Under the pieces are notes generated by a model, which had not been told where the DNA came from, ran no database searches, and saw nothing but the letters and a program-made list of their open reading frames with translations. This document shows, piece after piece, positions 21,853 to 32,875 of a stretch of DNA of 64,000 nt (positions are counted from its first letter, which is position 1; each line of letters opens with the position of its first letter). The DNA is taken from NCBI GenBank assembly GCA_030390025.1, contig JASTWF010000033.1:4032001-4096000 (forward strand). Direction: 5' to 3'. The translations under genes and the position numbers were made by a program. This stretch comes from Squalus acanthias (lineage: Eukaryota).

Positions 21853-24207
21853 TCAAGGTTCGTTCCATCCCTGACCATAGCCTTTATTTTGAAGCACTTC
21901 CCAAGTCCCTTCGTGTCTGGAGCGGAGCTCCCCGTCCCTTCCCCTGCACTTTGTACACAGCAGGTAGATAACTATCCCGAGCTGGCAGACCACCAAAAGA
22001 TGGGAAGCCATCCTGATACAGGAAGGCACCTCTATATTCTCGAAAATATCCCACCAGGGTGGAACTACTATATCCAAAATCTCTGCCCCTATTTCAACTG
22101 TTTTCTGTTCCAGGGTGTAGAAATGTTTTTGTGAAATCTCTACAGCTTTAAGTAGGATGGTAAGATGTTCGGGTAGAGGGGGAATTTTATATCCAAAGTA
22201 AGTCACATACTTTTGCAGGTTGGAAATGTTTTCTGTTACAGTGAGGTGAACAGTGGAGGTTTCAGGAATGGGGACAATCCGTTCCTGGGCCACTTGAACT
22301 TCTGCCTCGGGTTTAAAGTAGAAACTGCTCTCACTTACCGGACACCAAAAGTGTCCATGCTGGTAGTGGGACGCACCTGTGGTGACACAATATGTCCCAC
22401 CCCCTATATATGCTACCTGTGAGAAAACATGGCCTTGTGCCATCACCTCCATGGTACAGTTGATAGGTCGTGCGCCAGCAGCTTTAAACCCGCACTGTGG
22501 TTTACAATAGGCTTCCAAGTGCTGGGGACACAGTATTATGTGTGAACCCCGGCTCCGGCACCCGGAGAGGTCAGTACCTGTCATGGCGTGCTCCCACTTT
22601 ATGACATAAGGTGGGACCGCGTTAAAACGGATGTGTGCACCCCGTTGATTGACTCCAATGTTCTCCACCATGTATACCGGTACGGGTCGGGCTGTCCCAC
22701 TCATGACCGTCATCCTCACTACTCTCCCCATGATAATGCGATTTGAACGCCCACAATCTATTGGGACAGGGTAGGCTTCAGAGGCTAGACGAAATTGGCA
22801 TTGGCTCAGCGAATTACTAAACGGGTGGAGGGCTGCGAGGTGCTTGTTGCTGATCCAGGAGGGGACTAAACCTTGCTTTAAATCCTCCAGGTTGCTATGG
22901 CCCTCGCCCAGCAACCATGCCCCGTACAGCACACACACCTCATTCTGTGCAGCCTGATCCGATGCAATCCTATCCTCCCGTATGAGTGCATTTACTGTTT
23001 TGGCATGCCTTTGCAATTCCGCAATAATTTCCTTAAATGAACCGTCATAACTTGGTCCTCATGTAGCTCTGAGCCTACCACTGTGTTCCCATCCTTCAGG
23101 ATCTTTCTTAACTGGGTTTTTAAACCATTTATCTGTGTCTGTAATTCCATGTCATCCAGGCTATTTATTACAGAGGACCCTGTACTATAGGCAGTGAAGA
23201 CATCATTCCAGGCTCCCCTTCTTTATCTACCCGTGCCAATAGGGTTTTCAGGGTATATTCTGTATAGCTCAACTTTTTCTATATTAGCAAAATCAAATTC
23301 GTAAAATGTTCTAAACATTTCCTTTAGCAGGGCCTGTTACAGCTGCTCCGTCTCCTTAGGACACCACTCAGGTAAGTATAACTCGGTAAGGTTTAATATT
23401 ACTGAAGCTAATGCATAGTGTACCCCCTGGTATAGTACCTTTTCGGTTGGTACTAGGACTAACCCATTCCCTGGTCCCTTGGTGGTGGTAGGGCACTTTT
23501 CTTCCAGGGTTTTCGGTACCTGGGTCGTGGGTAAGGGCTTTCGGGTGTGTGCCACGAGTTCAGTGGCATTAACTGGGACCGGAATGTGTGGGACCACGCA
23601 CCTATGCAGGCTAGAATCCCACCCTATCCCCTCCCCAGCATCTTGCCATTGGCTGGAGAAGATGATGGATACCCCTGTGGGGCAGGTTTCCTCTGATCCC
23701 CACATACAAACATAGACTCCCTGTTCCGACTCCCACCACTTATCCCAACAAACACTAACTCCTCCTTGGGTCCCAATGATTGTCCGATGGGTGTCGTTCC
23801 CTAATCTTTCCCAGTCGGCTGTATGGACCCCTGCGTCCCTGCTCAGCTTCCTTGAGCCACCACCACCTATTCAGGGGAATTCGTCCCTTACAGGTAAGGC
23901 ACACAAGCTTCCCCTCGGTGACACTGACCCTTGTGGCAACGACCTGTATTCTGGGGCGTGGAAGGCAGGCCTCCCCGTACGTGAACCCGGGCTGGATTGA
24001 GTATTTAGTAGAGTTGGACCCCAGCCACCCTGGCCACCTTCCCTCGTGGAAGTAGATGGCGAGCTCCTCCACTCCCCGCTCGCCACCCCCTGCGGTGACG
24101 ACTGGTGCTCTCACTCCTGAACACCCAAAAATGTGGGACTCCTCCACGTCACCTCGGTCACCAATGCTCACCCCTACCAGGGCGAGCAGGAGCAGAAACC
24201 TTGTCAT
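21853..24207 (-). pseudogene. env: env: signal peptide, Ig-like domain, P/T stalk and F-type class I fusion protein (~785 codons; at least 2 frameshifts and 2 stops)
   Basis: Signal peptide MTRFLLLLALVGVSIG. Ig motifs VSVTEGKLVCLTC..W..ESEQGVYVC. Cleavage site and fusion peptide R*RR|GAWNDVFTAYSTGSSVINSLD at 23217-23228. Then a heptad repeat (ELQTQINGLKTQLRKIL), a Cys-rich region (DLSGC..IILC..C..QC..NC..YC), a second heptad, and TM IRMASHLLVVCQLGIVIYLL. Confidence 0.85.
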
Positions 24208-24220
24208 TCCGAAGTCCTTT

Positions 24221-24240
24221 CTGTAGGGGCACACACAAAA
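24221..24240 (-). promoter_or_regulatory. Candidate env splice acceptor
   Basis: Minus-strand ttttgtgtgtgcccctacag ends at 24221, with 13 nt between it and the env ATG at 24207. A T-rich tract lies upstream. Confidence 0.5.
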
Positions 24241-24407
24241 CATATATCCATGTCCCAGAAAGGTTCTTTGGCTGGATGATTAATCAAGCCCTTAAACTTA
24301 AAAAAAAATTCTACAAACAACTAAACTAATGATAACCATAACCACCAAAAGTCAATTACTTAAAACCGAAAATTCTGTACATTTGCCACCCGTCTCCGAC
24401 GGCCAGG

Positions 24408-27400
24408 TTAAATCCTGTTTAGTCTCTGCCTTATGTGGCCTCTGGATGGCTTGTACACCTGGGTGTAGTGCGGCCTGTACCGCCGGACCCAGAAGGCCTT
24501 CCTCAAAACCGCTGGGGGTATCTTAACATCCCAGCTGCGTCCTGTGCTGCAGCACACTACCCCCTTTTGTGTGGCTGCAGCGCCCTCGTTCATATCTGTG
24601 GGCTCCTCCCAGACTGAGACTGTGGGCGGGGGACCCTTCTCTCTCTCTTCTCCCAGTACTACCTCTCCTGTTAATCCCTCACTGTTGGAGGCTGTAGGCT
24701 GGGAATCCCCAACTTTAGAACGCTCCCTGCTCTTGGGCGCTCTTCTTCGGGTTGCAACCCTCTTTGTGTGGGACCCTCTGAACAGATACACCTGTGGCCA
24801 CAGTAGCCTTTGCTGTCGTGTGCGGGGAGACCTTCTTAGGGCTCTGGCCACGGGGTGTGTGCTTGAGTCCCACATAATCGGTGGAGTGACATCTCCTGTG
24901 AGACAACAGACTGTCCCTCCCGCTGCAGCTGGTGCGTCTGCCACAGCTGCGGCTGGCTGAGGATTTCTAACTTCGGGGCAGTCCATCTTTGCCGGCTGTT
25001 GCCTTTTAGGTTTAACCAGTTTGCATTGGTTGATGTGAAACCACTTTGTACGGCGAGGCATCTTTATGGCATCGACCATGGGGCTTGCCTTGTCTACAAT
25101 GTTGTAGGGCCCCATGTACAATGATTCGAAACTCCCTATCCGGGCAAAATTTCTCACCATGACCTGATTTCCAACCTCCCACTCGTGGTGCTTGCGGGGT
25201 TCCAGCCGCAATCGGTTACCCCGATGCTGTTTTCCCATGTTACTCGCAGCCTGCCAGTGGACCTGTTTAAGGTGGTCCAACAGATTCCTGACGAATCTTT
25301 CCCGGTTCACCTCCCTGAGCTGCCCTTCCTTGAGCACCGGGGCTAGCACATGGGTGGGGGTCCGCATAATCCTGCCAGTCATGAACTGGTGTGGGGAATA
25401 CCCCGTGCTTTTTGACTGGCTGGCCCGTATCCCCAATAGGACCAACGGTAAGGCTTCTAGCCACTTTTTGGGTGAGTCTCCCATCTCCTTTCGCAGCCTT
25501 TCTTTGATGGTACGGATTAATTGCTCCACAATCCCTGATGACTGTGGGTTGTGGGCGACGTGCCATTTCCCTTCTATGCCGAGTACCCTGAGGGTCTCTT
25601 GCATGACCTGCCCAGTAAATTGACTCCTCTGGTCTGACTCCACATACTGTGGGAGCCCCCATCGTGAGAACACTTCCCTGACCAGGATCCTGGCTCTATG
25701 CAAAGCGGTAGCTGTTCGACATGGAAAAGCTTCCACCCACTTTGAGAACACATCCACCAGGACTAGACAGTATTTGTAGCCTCCATGAGCGGTGGGTAGG
25801 GGCCCGATGTAGTCGACCTGGATCGACTGCCATGGCCCCTCTACCCTCCTGATGTGTCCCATAGATACCTTCCTGTTCTGGGGGTCAGGGTTGTTAGCAG
25901 CACACACCAGACAGCCTGCACATAACTCGCGGACATCCTCCCTCAGTCCTGGCCACCATCCTGCCTGTTCCACCCGCTGCCAGGTGGTCTCAGGCCCGGG
26001 ATACCCCGCTCCTGGTCCCGCATGGGCCAGTTGGAGGAATTCCCTTCGTTGCTGCTGCGGCACTACCCATTGTTCCCCCCTGAACAGCATGCCTTTTTTG
26101 TGGGTGATGGCTGCTGCGCCGTATGGGCCCTCTACCTTCTCCCCTCTGATAGCTTTTCCAGGACAGTTTTTTTAGGATGGGATCCTGTGCCTGGACCGAC
26201 TTTAGGTCCGGGGTCAATGCTACCCCTGCACTCCCTTGGGTCGCTCCTCTGCCTCTGATTGCTGCTACCGGGTTTGATCCATATGGATCCCCTAACGTGC
26301 CTGTACTGGCTACCTCTTTGGCCAGCATGTCGGCTTGGTGATTGCCCTCTGCGCGGGGCTCTACCTTGGAATGGGCCTTCACCTTTAGGATGTAGACCCT
26401 ACCTTCCTCCCCTATTGCCCTCATGATTTTCTCCAACAGAGACTTGATGGCCAGGGGTCTCCCATCAGCGGAGGTGTATCCATGACGGGACCAGATGGCC
26501 AGGTACTCTGTACACGAATTGCATGTGAACATGCTGTCCGAGCAAATCGTGTGTGGTGTAGGGAATTCCTCGGTGTGTGTGACTAAATACACCACCGCAG
26601 ACAGTTCAGCCTGCTGGGCACTCATGGTGCTGGGGAGCTTGATTGCCAGAGCAATGCCTACCTCTGGGTCATAAATCCCACACCCAGAGAGTCGTTTTCC
26701 AGCTGATACTGTGCTTGAACCGTCCACATAGATTTCGCGGCCTGTGGGGTGTATCCCAGCTCGCAAACCTATGTTGACTTCCCATACCCCTTCAACGGAA
26801 CACCAGTGGGCTGTCCCTGACTAAATCATGTTGGCTGCGAGCTTTGGCTCGCAGAGCACTTTTACCCTCAGATCCATTTGTGAGAGAAGCAGGGTCCAGC
26901 GAGCATTGCGGGCATTGCTCACTGTCCCATCTTTAATCCTCCATCCAAGAGCATCTGGGTGGGCGTGTGGTGAGTGAGGAGTGTGATGGGAGAGGTGCCT
27001 GTGAAGATCAATGATCTTTTCACAGCCCAGTTAGTGATAGGAGGTGCCTCTCACAGTTGGAGTAGCTCCTCTCCACATCAGTGAGTATTCCGCAGGAGTA
27101 AACCACAGGTCACAGCTTCCCATGCCTCTCTTGGAGCAGCACTGCACTCAGACTGTCCCCACTGGCTGCTACCTCCAGGAAAAACTCTTCCCCTCCATCA
27201 ATGGCCCCTAGAGCCGGAGCGGTCTGCAGATCTCTCTTGAGTTTCACAAAGGCAGCCTCGCAACTCTCATCTCAAACCAACTCCACTCCCTTGTGTAGGA
27301 GTCGGAGCAGAGGGGCTGCTGTGGCTGCGTAATCCTCAATGAAATCTCTGCAGTACCCAGTTAGCCCTAGAAAAGACCTTACTCCTGTAACTGTGTTGGG

Positions 27401-28401
27401 GGCTGGTAACTCCTGAACTGCTTCCCTTCTAGCTTTGTCAATGGCCCTCTACCCTGCTCGCACAGCCAGGCCCAGGAATTTGACTTCCCGCTGGCCAATC
27501 TGTGCCTTCTTGGGGTTTACTTTAAAGCCCTCTTGCCTGAGCAGATCCAACAGTTCTGCCAGAAGGGGTCGATGTCCCTCTCCCTCATCGGTAAAGAGGA
27601 GTAGGTCGTCCACATACTGGACCAGCTGATGGGGCCTGCTGAAGCCCTTCAAGCAATTCGCCATACATTGGTGAAAAATGCTTGGGCTGTTGTGGAAACC
27701 CTGGGGCAGACAGTGCCATGTGTACTGTCAGCCTTTAAATGTAAAGGCGAACTTGTTCTGATCCTCTCTCCTTAGAGGGATGGACCAGAACCCGTTGGAA
27801 ATATCCAGCACTGTAAAGGTGTTCGCAGATGCTGGGATACTTCAATGAGGTCGGCTACGGCTGCAACCGTGGGGGCACAGGCGGGGATGTTTCGGTTGAG
27901 TACTCGATAGTCTACTGTGGCCCACCAGGAGTTGTCTTGTTTTCTAACCGGCCACAGTGGGGGGTTCACGTGGGTAACTATAGGTCTCAATACCCCCTGC
28001 TTGACTAAAGAAGTCAAAGCCGTTTCCAAGTCTGTCTCAGCTTCCCTGGTGAAGTTATACTGCTTTTGTGGGCGGTTCATGGGGTCCCCACTCACACTAA
28101 CCTCGGTCCCGGTTACCCTCCCACAGTCGTGCTTGTGAATGGCAAATGCTGCGAGGTTTTCCTGCACAAATGCCTGGTACTCCATTGGAGTGTTACTGAC
28201 TATGAGTTCGAGGTCGTTACCCTCCTTTGGTTTTAATGTGCACAAGGTCCCCTTGCCTTGTGCCTCCGGGATGAATGCTATCTCACTACCCTTTTGGGTA
28301 CATGCTCCCCATAGACAGTGGTTCCTTAAATCCACTAAAATCCTGTGGCCTGTGATAAAATCGGCCCCCAGGATCCCCTTCCCTTCTTGCTCCCATGCCA
28401 T
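24408..28401 (-). pseudogene. pol: pol: protease C-terminus, RT, tether, RNase H, integrase (frameshifted)
   Basis: PR: GILGADF. RT: PLWPVRKQDNSWWATVDYRVLN, LPQGFHNSPSIF, QYVDDLL (27605-27616). RNase H: IYVDGSS..SAQQAEL..CSDS..KVKAHS..GNHQADMLAK. IN: WWPGL..C..C, PWQSIQVDYIGPLP, VDVFSKWVEAFP, ESDQ, PQSSGIVE, GPY. Confidence 0.95.
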
Positions 28402-28403
28402 TA

Positions 28404-29564
28404 TGTAAGGAGTATCTTAAGTGGGGTCAGCTTTCGCTTTCTGACACAGTGAGCGGTTCGAATCACTCCAACACCCCTCCGGTTCCTAGACTTTGGGCTT
28501 ATTTAGGGGTTGTGAACAAAATTGCAGTAAACAGGTTCTGATGAAAGAAAATTTACTTTATTAAAAGAAAAAAAAGGTAACAAACTTGAAACACACTTAT
28601 TACTTAAACACAGATTCGGGGAACACACGGTACAAGCGAGGGAAATGACAATATATCAAACAAAACCTTATCCCTCCCAAATATCCCACTATTTGGCTAG
28701 GCTTTTGGTTTCAGGAGATCAGGGATAATGCTCGCTAACGAATCCTTGACAGGATATTAGAGTCTTTTGTTTAGAAGAACTCCGGAAGGCACTTATGGTT
28801 TCTTCTTGCGTGCTGGTCTTCTGGCCTTCTTCTTCGTGGCTTGTGGTAAGTTTTGCTGGAGCAGGGAGAGAGCTGTGTTCACGTCGTCAGTCAGTCCGAA
28901 AGAGAGAGAGATTATGGCTCAGGCTTTCAAATTATACTGTTTCTTTTTCGCGCCCAAAAACCACTTACTAAAACGAATTCATTTTTGAATGTAAATTACC
29001 CTTGCTTCGTCCAATTGTCTAGTTTTTGGCGGGCTGGCCAGTTCCGATGGTTTTTGCTTAGTGTTAATCGTTTTACGATTTAAAAACACGGCCTTATCTA
29101 CGCGCCAAATCTTCACCCTATTGTCCTTCTGTTGGCGGGCTTTTAAATCTGTTCTCTGGATACCTGGTTGATTGTTTTTTTTGATGGGATAATGGCTATG
29201 AAACTGTGTGATCGGTGTTATATTGTCATTGATTCGTTTTTAGATTTCCAGCATTTTGTTTGCCCCTGGGGATCCATATTTGAATGTGTTTGTGAGTTTT
29301 GCATTGACTCAAACAATTCCCAGACAGCTTGATCTGTTCACTGACCGGCCACGCCCCTTGCAGCTTGTGTCTGTGAAAAAAATGACTCTCCCAACAATAA
29401 GATTCGAAAAGTCATTTTCCTCAGGGTTTAAATCTTGTGATCTTTAGGTTTTTGCATCAAATCACTTCACTGAGGTCCCATCATCCCAAGTTTGTATGAA
29501 AAGTCCAAAAATCACTCCCTTTAGGGCTCTGTTCGAGTTTCTGGGGGATTTTGCGAAGCCTACA
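28404..29564 (-). repeat. 5' LTR (~1161 bp)
   Basis: tgtaagg...gaagcctaca. On the minus strand it is followed by taa-TGGCA, a possible PBS remnant. Confidence 0.92.
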
Positions 29565-30870
29565 GTAGTTATTCGATTCGCTCGAACTCTGTTCCCAGCA
29601 TGGTTTAGATGTAGTCCATCCCAACGTAACAGCTCTCTCTTTCCCCAGTAATGGTGCCAGTGCCCCACGATACGAAACCCACTTCTCCCACACCATTTTT
29701 TGAGCCACGCATTCATCTCCCTGAACCGATTGACCCTGTGCCAATTTGCTCGTGGCTCTGGTAATAATCAAGATATTACGATCTTTGTGGTTCTGCTTTT
29801 TAATTTAGTCCCTAGCTGCTCAAATTCTCTCAGCAGAACCTTTTTCATTGTCCTACCTATGTCGTTGGTACATACGTGGACCACGACAACTGGATCCTCC
29901 CCCTCCCACTACAAGTTCTCTCCAGCCCTAAGGAGATGTCCGTTACCCTGTCAAAATAGCCTTGGGAACTCACGCTCCTGGCTGCAGAGAGCAGTGTCTA
30001 TCCCCCTAACTCTACTGTCGCCCATTATAGCCACCTTCCTTTTAACTCCCCCCACTTGAACGGCTTCCTGTACCACGGTGCCGTGATCAGTTTGCTCATC
30101 CTCCCCTAAGTCCCCGCACTTATCCACAAGGATTGCAAGATCCTCGAATCTATTGGACAATTGCAGTTACCGACGCTCCTGCAATACTACCTCCTGGATC
30201 CCCGTACCTGCCTCACTCGCAGTCACACCCTCCTTTCCCTAACCACATGTCAATTCTAAAGTATTTAATCTAAGGAGTGTGGCTGACTCCTGGAGCAAAA
30301 GTTCCAGGTAACTTTCTCCCTCCCTGATGTCTCGCACTGTCTGCAGCTCCGAATTCAGCTACTCAACTCGGAGCCGAATTTCCTCAGGCCGCAGACACTT
30401 ATTGCAGATGTAGTCGCCCTTGACAAAAATATCCACAACCTCCCACATATTTCAGCAGCAGCACATATCCTGTTCTCCCATTATTTTATTCATTTAATTA
30501 ATTAGTTTAGTGTTAATCAAATTTACCTCGTTTAATTTATTAAATTAATTAAATTAAGTTTAGTTTTTAAAATTTAGTTATATGTTATATGTAAACTTAA
30601 AACGTAGCCCACAGTCACTACCAATCACTTACCTGCCTTGACTGTGACGTCACACTGCATATTTCTATTGTTGTTGCAAGTCTGCTGCTGCTTTTATCCC
30701 CGCTCTCGGGCCTCGGTCTGCTCCCGCTCAGGTCCGCCGCCGCTCTGCGGGAGATGCTAGGAAATGCAGCATCTCCTTCCTCTGCTTCACCGAACTCCCA
30801 CACTTACCAAACTCCCAGTTGTTAAGTCTGTGCTCGCTTCACTCAGTGCTGGCATCACTCACGGGCCCCT
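29565..30870 (-). mobile_element. CR1 5' portion (5' UTR and ORF1 zinc finger/esterase), abutting the provirus
   Basis: AIMGDSRVRGID, HVCTNDIG, MNAWLKKWCGRSGFRIVGHW..WDGLHLN and a YICNKC-type finger near 30400. Confidence 0.88.
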
Positions 30871-30871
30871 G

Positions 30872-31745
30872 TATCTCAGCCTTGCATATACTCAAAGACT
30901 CAGCATCCACAGCCAGCTCAAAGATTCATAAATCTCTGTTTGAGAAAATTCCTCCTCATCTCAGTCTTAAACGGCCTACCCCTTATCCTGAGACTATGCC
31001 CCCTAGTTCCAGACACACCAACCAGGGGGAAACAACCTGTCAGCATCTACCCTGTCAATCCCCTTCAGAATCTTGTATGTTTCAATGAGATCACCTCTCA
31101 TTCTTCTAAACTCCAGAGAGTAAATGCCCATTCTAAACAAGCTTTCATCATAGGACAGCCCTCTCATCCCAGGAATCAATCTAGTGAACCAATGCATCTT
31201 CTATCTCTTCAGCCAATACCTTTAGAACCCTATGATGTCGGCCGTTACGTCCTGGAAATTTGTCGGCTTTTAGTCCCAATAGTTTCTCTTGTACGTTTTC
31301 TCTACTTATATTAATTATGCTTAGTTCCACACCTTCAATAGCCCCTTGCTTCCCCGCAATATTTCGTATGGTTTTTGTTTCTTCTACTGTGAAGACAGAC
31401 ACAAAATATTTGTTTAACATTCTGCCATTTGCTTATTCCCCATAATAATTTATCCTGTCTCAGTCTCTAAGGGACCAACGTTTACTTTTGCTACTCTTTT
31501 CCTTTTTGCATACTTGTAGAAAATCTTAAAATCTGCTTTTATATCTCTTGCTAGTTTTTCCTATTTTTTCCCTTTGTATCAATTTTACCGTCAACCTTTG
31601 CTGGTTTCTGAAACTCTCCCAATCCTCAGGCTGACTATTATTCTTTACAACATTGTAAGCTTCTTCTTTCAATCTAATACTATCCTTAACTTCTTTAGTT
31701 ACCCACGGTTGTATCACTATTCCTGTGTAGTTTTTGTTTCTCAAT
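30872..31745 (-). mobile_element. CR1 ORF2 fragments with internal deletions
   Basis: FTRLIPGMRGLSY..RGDLIETYKIL, LNKYFVSVFT..GLKADKFPG and QPWVTKEVKDSI. Confidence 0.88.
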
Positions 31746-31749
31746 GGAA

Positions 31750-31897
31750 TGTATTAGATAATTATCTGAAGGAAATACATTTTCAGGGCTATGGGGAGGA
31801 GCAGGGGAGTGGGTCAAGCTGAAGTGCTCTTGCAGAGAGCCGGCACGGGCTCGCCGGATCCGATCTTCAGTCCTGTAACCATTCAATGATTCTATGA
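31750..31897 (+). mobile_element. CR1 3' end
   Basis: cagggctatggggagg..gagtggg and tail attcaatgattctatga. Confidence 0.7.
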
Positions 31898-32531
31898 TAA
31901 AGAAATCTATCCTCACGTCATCTCTTGTTCTTTTGCCAATCATCTTAAATCTGGAACCTCTAGTGACTGACCCTGCTGCCAATGGGAACAGTTTCTCTGC
32001 ACCCTTTGATTGGGATCAGGACTGGGATGACAGCCTGAGAGGAATGGTCCGGGACAGAGCTGTACTGAGCGCCAGGTCCGACATCTGGGACAACCGATCC
32101 TCTGACTGACGGATCCAAGGTCCAGTGAGCACCTGTAAAGGTAGAGCTCAGCGAGTAAAAGACAACGATTCAGTCTCATCTGGTACTTAACAGTCTGTGT
32201 GTGTCCACCAACTGCATCTCTCTTCCTGCCAAATGTCTGAGGCTCCACCTGTCCAGTGCGTGTTTGATGGGACAGTGCAGAGGGAGCTTTACTCTGCATC
32301 TAAACTGTGCTGTATCTGCCCTGGGAGTGCAGGACAGGAAAGTGCAGAGGGGGCTTTACTCTGTATCTAACCCGTGCTGTACCTACTCTGGGAGTGTTTG
32401 ATGGGACAGTGTAGAGGGAGCTTTACTCTGTATCTAACCCACGCTGTCCCTGCCCTGGGAGTGCTGGATGGGACAGTGTAGAGGGAACTTTACTCTGTGT
32501 CTTACTCGTTCTGTACCAGCCGTGGGAGTGA

Positions 32532-32875
32532 TTTTTCATTCGTTTTTATGCGATGTGGGCATCGCTGTCAATGACAGCATTTATGGCCTATCCCGAATTG
32601 CCCCGGAAAAGGTGGTGTGGGCCGCCTTCTTGAACTGCTGCAGTCCGTGTGGTGAAGGTACTCCAACAGTGCTGTTAGGTAGAGTTTTCCAGGATTTTGA
32701 CCCAGCGACAATGAAGTATCAGCGATATACTTCTAAGTCAGGATGTATGTGTCTTGGAGGGGAACTTGCAGCTGATGGTGTTCCCAAGCATATGCTGCCC
32801 TTGACTTTCTAGGTGGAAGAGCTTGCGGGTCTGGGAGGTGCTGCTGAAGAAGCCTTGGCGAGTTCTTGCACTGTA
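32532..32875 (-). mobile_element. LINE-like 3' fragment sharing its tail with the SINE at 18558
   Basis: tttttcattcg..gtgggcatcgctg..gcatttatggcctatcccgaattgccc..ggtggtg..ttgaactgctgcagtcc parallels 18558-18690. Confidence 0.55.

Larger units (their letters stand above)
20315..29564 (-). mobile_element. Endogenous retrovirus-like provirus (lokiretrovirus-like), gag deleted
   Basis: Two long direct repeats bounded by TG..CA, a PPT, pol with YVDD RT, tether, retroviral-type RNase H and integrase, followed by env with signal peptide, furin-type site and TM helix. Confidence 0.9.

Noticed and set aside
24544..26258. + strand ORFs antisense to pol as accessory genes
   Set aside because: They are short shadows of a GC-rich coding strand with no motifs, mostly with non-ATG starts.
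28386..28400. Assigning a specific primer tRNA to the PBS
   Set aside because: Only about 5 nt (TGGCA) remain before the deletion junction, which is too short to assign.
32000..32145. Possible minus-strand exon after ctctacctttacag
   Set aside because: It gives no recognisable protein, no convincing donor site and no partner exons.
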